DNA from: a virus
Virus record (IMG/VR): IMGVR_UViG_3300029867_000012
Length of the DNA: 46,841 bases
Strand: one strand, 5' to 3'
The translations under genes were made by a program, and so were the position numbers. The notes beneath the pieces were generated by a model. The model was not told the DNA's origin. It made no database searches and worked only from the letters and a program-made list of their open reading frames with translations. Positions 21,477 through 29,636 of this stretch are shown here, in pieces (within the stretch, counting starts at the first letter, position 1; the number at the start of each line of letters is the position of its first letter).

Positions 21477-21726
21477 AAAATTCACCCGTAGCATTTTTTA
21501 AAATAAGCGCCAATCTTGGCGGGTCTTCTGATTCAGCAACCCACGCGAAGGCACTCTCTAAGTTTTTAATCTCGTAATTCTCGCCCTCATGCTTTAAAAA
21601 TAACGCCACTGGGTCTGCTTTCCGTGAGACTTCCACCCCCATTATTTCGAGGCCGTGACGAGCTGCGGCCCCTTTTTTAGAAAAAGCCATAATCGTTTGC
21701 TGTTTGTAATCAACAAAGAAAAACAT
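21466..21726 (-). CDS. Hypothetical protein
   Basis: 86 aa with TTAAAGGA SD 6 nt upstream. Confidence 0.65.
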   Translation of the reverse strand: MFFFVDYKQQTIMAFSKKGAAARHGLEIMGVEVSRKADPVALFLKHEGENYEIKNLESAFAWVAESEDPPRLALILKNATGEFYGN

Positions 21727-21728
21727 TG

Positions 21729-22070
21729 TTATTCCTTTAAGTCATCAATGTGGATTGCGTATCTAAAAAGCAACGGCATTTTATTGCTGTCCGCGTGCTT
21801 GACCACATAATATTCCTCAAACATTCCTATGAATTCCAGGGAGAAGTCTGCAAATACAGGTGTTTTATCGTCGTCAACGTAAACAATATCTCCCTTGACT
21901 AATTTGCGGGGCGTTCTCTCTACATGCCTCCATTCACAAACCCTTCCGTCAGCCGCTTCGCACACATGTCCCCCAGTTTTTAAGGGGCCAACATAAAGCC
22001 ACCTCAAATTTGTATCCCATGTATCATTCTCTAGATCCTTAACTCTAACGGGTGTTCCTGGTTTAATCAT
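21729..22070 (-). CDS. Hypothetical protein
   Basis: 113 aa. The ATG overlaps the stop of the upstream micro-ORF. Confidence 0.65.
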   Translation of the reverse strand: MIKPGTPVRVKDLENDTWDTNLRWLYVGPLKTGGHVCEAADGRVCEWRHVERTPRKLVKGDIVYVDDDKTPVFADFSLEFIGMFEEYYVVKHADSNKMPLLFRYAIHIDDLKE

Positions 22071-22192
22071 GATTTTCCCCTTGGTAGTGATGCGATTGGA
22101 ATCAGTGTGGCCCCACGTCGCGGCTTAGGCCTGTATTTGCTTTTGGCTATTGTTACTAATACTAGTCCTACAGACAGTGCTATTATTAACAT
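22067..22192 (-). CDS. Small single-pass membrane peptide, 41 aa (below cutoff)
   Basis: MLIIALSVGLVLVTIAKSKYRPK.... AGGAG upstream and the stop overlaps the next ATG (ATGA). Confidence 0.45.
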   Translation of the reverse strand: MLIIALSVGLVLVTIAKSKYRPKPRRGATLIPIASLPRGKS

Positions 22193-22319
22193 GATAAATC
22201 GTACTCCTTAAGAAGATCTTCAAATTGATCGAGGGGCAATATTTCTTGTAATCGGTCGTAACTGTTACACCATTCATCCATTGGGGAATTGTGGTCTAAC
22301 AAAATGGCGCGTAGGACTA

Positions 22320-22559
22320 TTACTGATTGCATATTTCTTCCCCCACTTCCGCCAAAAATTTATCCAGTTCAATGGCGTCAATGCGGCATTCAAGCTCTTC
22401 GAGTAATACGCCGAAGTTAGAAAATGGTGGGTCAAGAAGCAGATAATCTTTTAAGTACTCATTACTCATTGCTTCGGCTTGTTTGACCGAAATTGAGTAC
22501 CAGCCTTGGGCGGTACACGCTCTTAATTCAATATTTGGTAGTGGTCCGATGGTGGGCAT
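22320..22559 (-). CDS. Hypothetical acidic protein
   Basis: 79 aa, co-oriented with its neighbours. Confidence 0.6.
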   Translation of the reverse strand: MPTIGPLPNIELRACTAQGWYSISVKQAEAMSNEYLKDYLLLDPPFSNFGVLLEELECRIDAIELDKFLAEVGEEICNQ

Positions 22560-22574
22560 AATGAATCCTTTTGA

Positions 22575-22853
22575 TTAATTAAAAGTGCTGCCGTCTTCGA
22601 ATGTGAACGTACCGTAGCAGTCCGGATTTTTGCTCTTATGAGTTGCGGCCCCTGCGTCACTCATAAGCATCATGGCTCTTAAAGCTCCGCCGATAGTGAT
22701 GTGATCCCTGATTATCCTGTCCGCTATTGTTTCATTGTCATCCAATCGGATATTGATGATGTTTATTATTTGCGCTCGATTAGACGAGGGGCGCATATCA
22801 ACAAGGTAGTCTTGTAGCTTTTTGCGTGTATTAAGGGGTAGTTTTATAGACAT
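22575..22853 (-). CDS. Hypothetical protein (cassette A)
   Basis: 92 aa. Preceded by the conserved 5'UTR and promoter cassette. Confidence 0.7.
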   Translation of the reverse strand: MSIKLPLNTRKKLQDYLVDMRPSSNRAQIINIINIRLDDNETIADRIIRDHITIGGALRAMMLMSDAGAATHKSKNPDCYGTFTFEDGSTFN

Positions 22854-22903
22854 GATTTAATCCTGTTTGATTTGGCCTGGGCTAATTCCCACACTGTATA
22901 AAC

Positions 22904-22932
22904 ATTGTATGTCATGAGTTCTCACATATCAA
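22904..22932 (-). promoter_or_regulatory. Sigma70-type promoter, cassette A: TTGATA-17-TACAAT
   Basis: The 17-nt spacer contains the conserved TGTGAGAACTCAT, as in cassettes B and C. Confidence 0.65.
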
Positions 22933-22935
22933 GCT

Positions 22936-23061
22936 TTACATTATGAGATAAAGAACCCCCACGCCGATTAACAATAGGCAAAAAAGAGTTGCCGGTATTA
23001 TTAACTGTACTGCTATGACCAGTCGGGTCTTGATTTCTTTACCTGTTAGAAATATTTTCAT
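22936..23061 (-). CDS. Small single-pass membrane peptide, 41 aa (below cutoff)
   Basis: MKIFLTGKEIKTRLVIAVQLIIPATLFCLLLIGVGVLYLIM. AGGGA SD lies 7 nt upstream. Confidence 0.45.
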   Translation of the reverse strand: MKIFLTGKEIKTRLVIAVQLIIPATLFCLLLIGVGVLYLIM

Positions 23062-23080
23062 GATTTTTTCCCTAGTTATT

Positions 23081-23356
23081 TTAATCTGTGTAGTTGCAAA
23101 ATTTAATAGCGTCTTGCTTAGAAATACATAGGCTGCTAGATTTACTAGTAATAAGTTTAAATATTTCGACTTTAAACCCCACCGATGTAGTAAATTTTTC
23201 CACTTCTAGCTGGGCGCCATTTTTAACAGCCTCGGAAAGGGCCGCATCAAAGCACTTTTCACTAGCTGCATCATCAGCGGCTTTTTTTGGGTGGTCGCCG
23301 TAGAAGTAATCGCCCATCGCGTCCTCTGCGTCTTGCATGCTTTCTGTTGTAATCAT
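23081..23356 (-). CDS. Hypothetical acidic protein
   Basis: 91 aa (about 16 D/E against 10 K/R). It shares the conserved 5'UTR but not the promoter part. Confidence 0.7.
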   Translation of the reverse strand: MITTESMQDAEDAMGDYFYGDHPKKAADDAASEKCFDAALSEAVKNGAQLEVEKFTTSVGFKVEIFKLITSKSSSLCISKQDAIKFCNYTD

Positions 23357-23376
23357 TTTTGAAATCCTTTTGATTT

Positions 23377-23397
23377 GGCCCAGACTTAACCTGGGCC
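23377..23397 (-). other. Perfect 7-bp hairpin GGCCCAG-N7-CTGGGCC in the 5'UTR of 23081-23356 / 3' of 23407-23619
   Basis: Read directly. It occupies the position of the TGGG-ATTAG-CCCA stem-loop seen in the other cassettes. Confidence 0.5.
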
Positions 23398-23406
23398 GGT
23401 TAGTGA

Positions 23407-23619
23407 TTATTTTGAATTAGAAAGCGTTACAGAACCCCAATAAAGACATTCAGATTCTGGGGATAATTCAAAAGCGCGGTTTGTGATCAAATCACAATCA
23501 GTGCCTTCATGATAGATATTCATTGCGTCTGATTCAGATTTTGCCCGCTCACTGATTGCAATGGCTACCGACTCGGAAAGCTGTAATGATTCCATTTGCT
23601 GTTCGTTAAAGTAGTTCAT
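23407..23619 (-). CDS. Hypothetical strongly acidic protein (cassette B)
   Basis: 70 aa (about 12 D/E against 4 K/R). Has its own promoter cassette. Confidence 0.7.
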   Translation of the reverse strand: MNYFNEQQMESLQLSESVAIAISERAKSESDAMNIYHEGTDCDLITNRAFELSPESECLYWGSVTLSNSK

Positions 23620-23668
23620 TTTGAAATCCTTTTGATTTGGCTTGGGCTAATCCCCAAACTGTGAAACT

Positions 23669-23697
23669 ATTGTATGCTATGAGTTCTCACACGTCAA
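23669..23697 (-). promoter_or_regulatory. Sigma70-type promoter, cassette B: TTGACG-17-TACAAT
   Basis: Read directly. The spacer is TGTGAGAACTCATAGCA. Confidence 0.7.
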
Positions 23698-23709
23698 TAG
23701 ATTCATAAA

Positions 23710-24060
23710 TTAACCTGTGAAATAATTTTTAACTTCGTCGCTGACTGGTAGTGCCAAAGCAAGCTTTTTAAGCTGCACCTGAGCGCGGTTATAATCCTGG
23801 GCTTTTCCGTTGGCCTCCGATAGCGGCACAACTTCCCCGAAGATATTTTCTTTCCATCCTTGACTTGCGGCTTTCATCCCTTCAGAGCTAAGCCAATTAT
23901 CTGCCAGAATAAAATCAAAGTGCTCTGTTAATGCACCGGCATCATTGGGCAGTTGTTGGCCAATCGCGACAAGCAATTTATCTGTTGGTTTATCGCCAAT
24001 GAGTCCGGCAATATAGTTAAAAGTACTGTTGGTTTGTAAAGTGTATTTTGGCTCGTTCAT
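23710..24060 (-). CDS. Hypothetical protein (cassette C)
   Basis: Start set at the ATG after the conserved AAAAGGATTTCAAA leader (116 aa). The track start at 24132 would translate the promoter. Confidence 0.7.
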   Translation of the reverse strand: MNEPKYTLQTNSTFNYIAGLIGDKPTDKLLVAIGQQLPNDAGALTEHFDFILADNWLSSEGMKAASQGWKENIFGEVVPLSEANGKAQDYNRAQVQLKKLALALPVSDEVKNYFTG

Positions 24061-24110
24061 TTTGAAATCCTTTTTGATTCGATTTGAGCTAATTCCCAAA
24101 CCGTGAAACC

Positions 24111-24139
24111 ATTGTATTATATGAGTTCTCACACGTCAA
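24111..24139 (-). promoter_or_regulatory. Sigma70-type promoter, cassette C: TTGACG-17-TACAAT
   Basis: Read directly. The spacer is TGTGAGAACTCATATAA. Confidence 0.7.
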
Positions 24140-24157
24140 TAGGTATTTAGGCTTATT

Positions 24158-24186
24158 TTGACCAAGGGGGCTGGATCGGGTAGCAT
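24158..24186 (+). promoter_or_regulatory. Possible promoter of the late block: TTGACC-17-TAGCAT
   Basis: The -10 box ends only 6 nt before ATG 24193, which would give a very short or absent leader. Confidence 0.3.
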
Positions 24187-24192
24187 AGAGAA

Positions 24193-25416
24193 ATGGAAAT
24201 AAAAGAGCAAAACCCGGCAGATTTAACGCATTTAGAGAATAATTCTAGGACTCATAGTGATCAACAAATAACCGAGATTGCCGCCAGTATCACAGAATTT
24301 GGGTTTACAAATCCGGTTCTTGTGGACGCTAATAATATTATCATAGCGGGTCATGGCAGAACTTCAGCCGCCATTGAATTGGGGTTTGATAAAATCCCCA
24401 CGATTGAGTTAAAGGGTCTTACGGACACACAGATAAAGGCCTACGTGATTGCAGACAATCAATTAGCGCTAAATGCTGGATGGGATTTCGATCAGCTTGA
24501 AATAGAAATTAGTGAGCTCAGGGAGTTGGATTTTGATATTGATATTTTGGGGTTTGATGATGAATTTTTAAATGGCTTGGCGGATGAATCTGCGGAGGGT
24601 TTGACTGACGAGGACGCAGTTCCAGAAGCGCCAGCAACGCCGGTTACAGTGTTGGGCGATATATGGCAGCTCGGAAACCATCGATTAATGTGCGGGGATA
24701 GTACGAGCGCTGACGCTGTAGAAAAGTTAATGGATGGGCAAAAGGCCGATATTGCTTTTACTTCCCCGCCCTATAACGTAGGCAAAACACCGAACGGCAA
24801 TGATAAAAAATACTTAAACGATAACGACAGCAAATCACAGGACGAGTACAGGTGTTTTTTAAATGACTTCACAAATAACGCTCTATTGTTTAGTGACTAT
24901 GTTTTTTCTAATATACAGTCATTAGCAGGCAATAAGATTGCTCTTATTAGTCATGTTTATGATATGCGAGAAAAATATGCTGATGTAATGATTTGGGATA
25001 AAGGTTCGGCAGAACCGGCTATGGCAAGAAAGGTGCTAAATAGCAGATTTGAATACATTTACATATTTTCAAATGAAGCAAAAAGAAGTATTGGCCGAAG
25101 AGACTTTAGAGGCACACTGTCCAACATCGTAGAAATAAAAAGCAGGCAAGATAAAGATTATGCGAAAATTCACAAAGCTACTTTTCCGGTAGAGTTCGCG
25201 TCTTTTTTCGTCTCTAATTTTTCAGAATCATCCGTATTGGATCAGTTCGGTGGCACAGGAACTACACTGATATCCTGCGAGAAAGAAAACAGACGCTCCT
25301 TTGTAATGGAGTTAGAGGAAAAATACTGTGACATTATTATAATAAGGTGGCAGGATTTCACAGGAAAGCAGGCTATACATATTGAAAGCGGCAAAACATA
25401 CAATGAAATGGTTTAG
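24193..25416 (+). CDS. ParB-like nuclease domain fused to N6/N4 DNA methyltransferase
   Basis: 'NSRTHSDQQITEIAASITEFGFTNPVLV...IIAGHGR' is a ParB-N-type region. 'FTSPPYNV' and 'DQFGGTGTTLISC' are MTase motifs IV and I. Confidence 0.85.
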   Translation: MEIKEQNPADLTHLENNSRTHSDQQITEIAASITEFGFTNPVLVDANNIIIAGHGRTSAAIELGFDKIPTIELKGLTDTQIKAYVIADNQLALNAGWDFDQLEIEISELRELDFDIDILGFDDEFLNGLADESAEGLTDEDAVPEAPATPVTVLGDIWQLGNHRLMCGDSTSADAVEKLMDGQKADIAFTSPPYNVGKTPNGNDKKYLNDNDSKSQDEYRCFLNDFTNNALLFSDYVFSNIQSLAGNKIALISHVYDMREKYADVMIWDKGSAEPAMARKVLNSRFEYIYIFSNEAKRSIGRRDFRGTLSNIVEIKSRQDKDYAKIHKATFPVEFASFFVSNFSESSVLDQFGGTGTTLISCEKENRRSFVMELEEKYCDIIIIRWQDFTGKQAIHIESGKTYNEMV

Positions 25417-25418
25417 TT

Positions 25419-25805
25419 ATGTCCGAGAATAAAAGACCAGCGCATAGGCCAAAAGAGTTTATTCCAGACTTGGAGCAGGTAGAAAAGCTCTGTAGACTGA
25501 ACTGTACTGACGACGAAATAGCGTCATTTTTCGGAGTTTGTAGAAAAACAGTCGAGCGGGAAAGAAAGTCTAATCCGGAATTTAATGATGTCATCGAGCG
25601 CGGTAAAAGCTATGGAAAATTATCGCTAAGACGAAAGCAGGTTGAGTTGGCCCACGACGGTAATCCGACTATGTTAATTTGGTTGGGGAAAGTTTATCTG
25701 GGGCAGCGAGAAAATATAGCGGTGGAGCATTCAGGCGAGGTGAACCATAAAAATCTCAACGATTTCTACAGCGGATCGGATGACGACGACAAAACCGACG
25801 CTTAA
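25419..25805 (+). CDS. terS: Terminase small subunit
   Basis: 128 aa. The HTH-like 'CTDDEIASFFGVCRKTVERERKSNPEF' lies immediately upstream of and overlapping terL. Confidence 0.75.
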   Translation: MSENKRPAHRPKEFIPDLEQVEKLCRLNCTDDEIASFFGVCRKTVERERKSNPEFNDVIERGKSYGKLSLRRKQVELAHDGNPTMLIWLGKVYLGQRENIAVEHSGEVNHKNLNDFYSGSDDDDKTDA

Positions 25806-27180
25806 CCCTGTCTTAAAAGATTTTTGGAAAACCAAAGCTGATATAAAAATCCTTAAGGGTGGTCGAAGCAGCTCCAAGACTTGGGACGCTGCGGGCTTTG
25901 CTGTTTATCTAGCGGTTAATTACCGTATAAAATTCCTTTGCATGCGGCAATTCCAAAACAAAATTAAAGAATCTGTCTATGCTGTTCTAGTGGTTCAGAT
26001 TGAGAGATTCGGTTTAATTGATCAATTCGAGATTTTAAATAACGTAATACGCCACAGATATACGGGTTCAGAGTTCCATTTTTACGGCATCCATAGGCAC
26101 ATAAGCGAAATAAAAGGTTTCGAGGGTGCGGATATAGGATGGATTGAAGAGGGGGACGGGCTGACTAAAGAGCAATGGAAATTCATAGAACCAACGCTCA
26201 GAAAAGAGGGCGCCGAAGCCTGGATTTTATATAACCCCGATCTAGTGAGTAATTTCATAGAATCGTTTAAACATGATTTGAGCAAAGGCGTTTTAGTTCG
26301 CCATATTAACTATGACGAAAATCAATTTTTATCAGATACGATGCTGCGTAAAATCAATCGGCTTAAAGAGTCCGACTATGACGAGTATGAGCACGTTTAT
26401 TTAGGGGTTCCTAGAACTGATGACGATACGGTAATAATAAAACGGTCTTGGATTGAGGCCTCTATTGATGCCCATATTAAACTTGGCATAGAACCCACTG
26501 GGGAAAAACGAGTGGGGTTTGATATTGCCGATGGTGGCAAGGATAAGAACGCTCTGGTTTACGCGCATGGAATAGTTGCCTTCTGGGGAGAGAGCTGGAA
26601 GGGCAAAGAAGATGAGTTGCTACAAAGCTGCACAAGAGCCTACAACAAGGCGTTATCTCTTGGGGCGTCCGTCGATTACGATTCCATCGGCGTCGGTGCA
26701 GGCGCAGGCCCTAAATTCAGTGAGTTGAACGATTCTAGAAGCGATGGAAAAGTGGTCAATTATAAAAAGTTTGTTGCTGGCGCAAAAGTCATAGATCCAG
26801 ATCAGCATTATATCGATACGACTGAGGCAAGAATCAAAAATAAAGACTTTTTTTGCAACTTAAAATCACAATCATGGTGGTTGGTTGCGGATCGATTTAG
26901 GAATACTTATAACGCGGTAATCAAGGGCGAGGAATTCCCGGAGGATCAGTTAATTTCAATAAGTTCGGAAATGGCGGGCTTAGCTGATATGATTACCCAA
27001 TTATCGACGCCTCGGCGTAAATTTGACAACACTGGAAAAGTCAAGGTCGAGTCAAAAGAGGATCTTGCCAAGCGCGAAGTGGATTCACCGAATGACGCAG
27101 ACGCATTTATTATGGCTTACGCGCCTAGGGAAAAGGATGTTTTTGGCGAACTGCTTAACCTTGCAATGGGGAACAATTAA
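25780..27180 (+). CDS. terL: Terminase large subunit (PBSX/Terminase_3-like)
   Basis: Walker A-like 'LKGGRSSSKT' is present, and the size (466 aa) and C-terminal nuclease-type acidic motifs fit. Confidence 0.85.
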   Translation: MTTTKPTLNPVLKDFWKTKADIKILKGGRSSSKTWDAAGFAVYLAVNYRIKFLCMRQFQNKIKESVYAVLVVQIERFGLIDQFEILNNVIRHRYTGSEFHFYGIHRHISEIKGFEGADIGWIEEGDGLTKEQWKFIEPTLRKEGAEAWILYNPDLVSNFIESFKHDLSKGVLVRHINYDENQFLSDTMLRKINRLKESDYDEYEHVYLGVPRTDDDTVIIKRSWIEASIDAHIKLGIEPTGEKRVGFDIADGGKDKNALVYAHGIVAFWGESWKGKEDELLQSCTRAYNKALSLGASVDYDSIGVGAGAGPKFSELNDSRSDGKVVNYKKFVAGAKVIDPDQHYIDTTEARIKNKDFFCNLKSQSWWLVADRFRNTYNAVIKGEEFPEDQLISISSEMAGLADMITQLSTPRRKFDNTGKVKVESKEDLAKREVDSPNDADAFIMAYAPREKDVFGELLNLAMGNN

Positions 27181-27525
27181 ATGAATTTTGAAAATATCAA
27201 AGAGGTCTGGGATTACAGGCTGTCCACTGCCACGGTCATGATCGACCGGCGCGGCGGTACTTGGGTAGTCAAGATTTTCTCAAAAATCAATCTTGACTAT
27301 GATCCAGCTAAACCCGAGACCGAAGCGCAACCGCTTGAAATATTCGATACGGGGATTAAGTGGGAAGACGGCGACGAGTACGACAAGGATAAGCTCGAAG
27401 TCTGCTTTAATTGGCTGTTAGATGTTCGTGATGAGTACGCATTGCCCAATATTGAAGTGCTCAAGCCGCTGGTTAAAACGATCAACGAAGCGAATGCAAA
27501 ACTTGCGGAACTGGGAGCGGTATAA
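27181..27525 (+). CDS. Hypothetical protein
   Basis: 114 aa. TAA-ATG junction with terL. Confidence 0.7.
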   Translation: MNFENIKEVWDYRLSTATVMIDRRGGTWVVKIFSKINLDYDPAKPETEAQPLEIFDTGIKWEDGDEYDKDKLEVCFNWLLDVRDEYALPNIEVLKPLVKTINEANAKLAELGAV

Positions 27526-27920
27526 TGGCTATCTTTAGAACTGACGCATTCAGAAATGCGATTATAACTCCGATAAATACCCAGCGTGGCTCAAGTGCTG
27601 AGGTGCAAGTTAGGTCAGGGGTTAACGCTGGCACAGGTGGCCAAGGCACGCTATTAGCCCAGTTAACCGGAAATGCCGGTGGATGGGGAACACCGACTAA
27701 TGGCGTTTTAACATCGAGCGCAATCACCGAAGATTCTAGCGCGGACGCGACCGGCACCGCAGGGCATTGGCAGATTAATACCTCGGGGTCTGTGTTTTTG
27801 GAATCCGGGTCATTCACTGGCGACGGTGTGACAATCGACAACGCATCAATAACAGCGGGCCAGGCGGTGACAATGTCTGGCAACTGGGTTAATACAGCTG
27901 CATATGATGATGGGGTCTAA
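27525..27920 (+). CDS. Hypothetical Gly/Thr/Ser-rich beta-type protein
   Basis: 131 aa. The ATG overlaps the upstream stop. Confidence 0.7.
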   Translation: MAIFRTDAFRNAIITPINTQRGSSAEVQVRSGVNAGTGGQGTLLAQLTGNAGGWGTPTNGVLTSSAITEDSSADATGTAGHWQINTSGSVFLESGSFTGDGVTIDNASITAGQAVTMSGNWVNTAAYDDGV

Positions 27921-27922
27921 CA

Positions 27923-28114
27923 ATGAGCACAAAAGCAACTTCGCGCGATGCAATAGCAGTAGTTCTAACCACCGCCTCCGCACTTTTCCCGCGCAACGGC
28001 TCGAATAAAGTCATCTATGAGGAGATCACACCAGGCGGCTCAACGTATGACACACCGGGGGATTTAACGGGCCTTCGAGCTGATCTGGTTGACGCTGTGG
28101 ACAAACTGGGTTAA
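27923..28114 (+). CDS. Hypothetical protein
   Basis: 63 aa, tightly packed with its neighbours. Confidence 0.6.
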   Translation: MSTKATSRDAIAVVLTTASALFPRNGSNKVIYEEITPGGSTYDTPGDLTGLRADLVDAVDKLG

Positions 28115-29319
28115 TGGCGTCTCCTACGGTAGTTGCGGAAACTCCCAGCAATGACGACAACGCGACAACATCATTTACAATATTAACCGGCTCTCCCCTT
28201 GAAGGTGAGGGCGTTGTTATCTTCCTGTCTAGGGATAACGGGGGAACCGGTACGGTTTCGTGGTCAGACGGCTATACCGAGTTATACGATTTAAACGACG
28301 ACGACGGTTTTTCCAGCGGCGCAGCGGCCTATAAACAGGCGGGAGCGTCTGAGCCGTCGTCTATCACGGTAACTGCTACAGTCTCCGGGGAATTCACGGC
28401 TCGCGCGTACAGAATATCGGGACACCTAAGTTTTGCTACACAGGCCCCCGATGTAGGAACAGTCACTAACGGTGGCAACACTGTTACTCATGACCCACCG
28501 AGCGTTAATGTAACCGGCGGCGCGGCGGATATTTTATCGTTTGCTGTATTGCCGTTTGACACTCACAATTCAGACGTTAATACATTTCCTTCGAGTTATA
28601 TTAACACTGGTGTTACGAGGTCTGGCGTCTCTGGCTCTCAATGCTCCCTAGCATTTTGCACTAGGGCGATAACGTCTGTATCCAGCGAAGATCCCGGCGC
28701 TTTTACGTTATCAGCTACGAGACGAGGCATTCCTACCACTGTATTAGTGCAGGAAGACGCGGCTAGCGGTAGCGCAATCACTGCAGACGTTGACGAGGCT
28801 GGCGATACCACAAGCGCCACACTTGAGGTTACTGTTAGTGTTTCCGCAAGCGTAGCAGAAGCGGGGGACACCACAAGCGCCGCACTGAATAACATTGTTA
28901 GTATTAACGCTAACGTGGCCGAAGCAGGAGACGCCACAACCGCGGCACTGGCCACCATCGTTAGCATTACCGCCAATCAAACAGAGGCCGGCGATACAAC
29001 AACAGCTACTCTAAATAACATTGTTAGCATTAGCGCTAACGTAGCCGAGGCTGGCGATACCACGGCGGCCAGTCTCACAGTTGGCGGCCTATCTCAAATA
29101 ACTGCCAATGTCAACGAGGCGGGCGACACCACAAGCGCCACGCTGAATAACATTGTTAGCATCACGGCAAGCGTGGCTGAGGCTGGCGACAGTACAGCGG
29201 CGGCGATATCAACAGGCGCCGCATTAATCGCGGCTACTGCTGAAATTGACATTTTCCCAGCTTATGGGGGACAATCGAATATAATCCCCGCTTATACTGC
29301 CATGGTTGACATATTATGA
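28114..29319 (+). CDS. Repeat-containing putative virion surface protein
   Basis: 401 aa. An N-terminal globular domain of about 225 aa is followed by about seven 21-aa repeats (AEAGDTTSAxLNNIVSIxANV). Confidence 0.7.
   Translation: MASPTVVAETPSNDDNATTSFTILTGSPLEGEGVVIFLSRDNGGTGTVSWSDGYTELYDLNDDDGFSSGAAAYKQAGASEPSSITVTATVSGEFTARAYRISGHLSFATQAPDVGTVTNGGNTVTHDPPSVNVTGGAADILSFAVLPFDTHNSDVNTFPSSYINTGVTRSGVSGSQCSLAFCTRAITSVSSEDPGAFTLSATRRGIPTTVLVQEDAASGSAITADVDEAGDTTSATLEVTVSVSASVAEAGDTTSAALNNIVSINANVAEAGDATTAALATIVSITANQTEAGDTTTATLNNIVSISANVAEAGDTTAASLTVGGLSQITANVNEAGDTTSATLNNIVSITASVAEAGDSTAAAISTGAALIAATAEIDIFPAYGGQSNIIPAYTAMVDIL
28792..29220 (+). repeat. About 7 tandem 63-bp (21-aa) in-frame repeats, diverged at synonymous sites
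   Basis: Read from the translation and the DNA. One unit is 23 aa. Confidence 0.85.
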
Positions 29320-29636
29320 CAGCGCTTTTTATAGATAACCCATCATGTTTGGAGCTTTCAGATTTAACCGCATGTGGTAGTACTGATCTGATCATTGACG
29401 CTACTGTCACGGGTACTATTTTTGATCCTGATGACGTGGAGGTAACTGGCGAAACGTGGCCGCTAGCCATGCCATTCGATTCGGTTACCAGTATTTACCG
29501 TGGCGTCACATCCGCAACGCTGGGATTAACTGAGGGCGTTAATTATCGCGTTAACATCGTTGCGAAAGACGGCGGGGGTAATGTATTGACCGATCAAGAT
29601 TTACAAATCAGAGCTACAAATAGGCGGACAACGTGA
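29316..29636 (+). CDS. Hypothetical protein (Ig-like beta-sandwich guess)
   Basis: 106 aa with ATGA overlaps on both sides. Confidence 0.65.
   Translation: MTALFIDNPSCLELSDLTACGSTDLIIDATVTGTIFDPDDVEVTGETWPLAMPFDSVTSIYRGVTSATLGLTEGVNYRVNIVAKDGGGNVLTDQDLQIRATNRRTT

Noticed and set aside
22208-22303. 31-aa - strand ORF (MDEWCNSYDRLQEILPLDQFEDLLKEYDLSC) whose stop overlaps the start of the 41-aa TM ORF
   Set aside because: There is no SD upstream of the ATG and it is very short. It remains a possibility only.
28792-29220. Diversity-generating retroelement (variable repeat / template repeat)
   Set aside because: There is no reverse transcriptase ORF anywhere in the complete genome. The repeats are contiguous in-frame units inside one gene, not a VR/TR pair.
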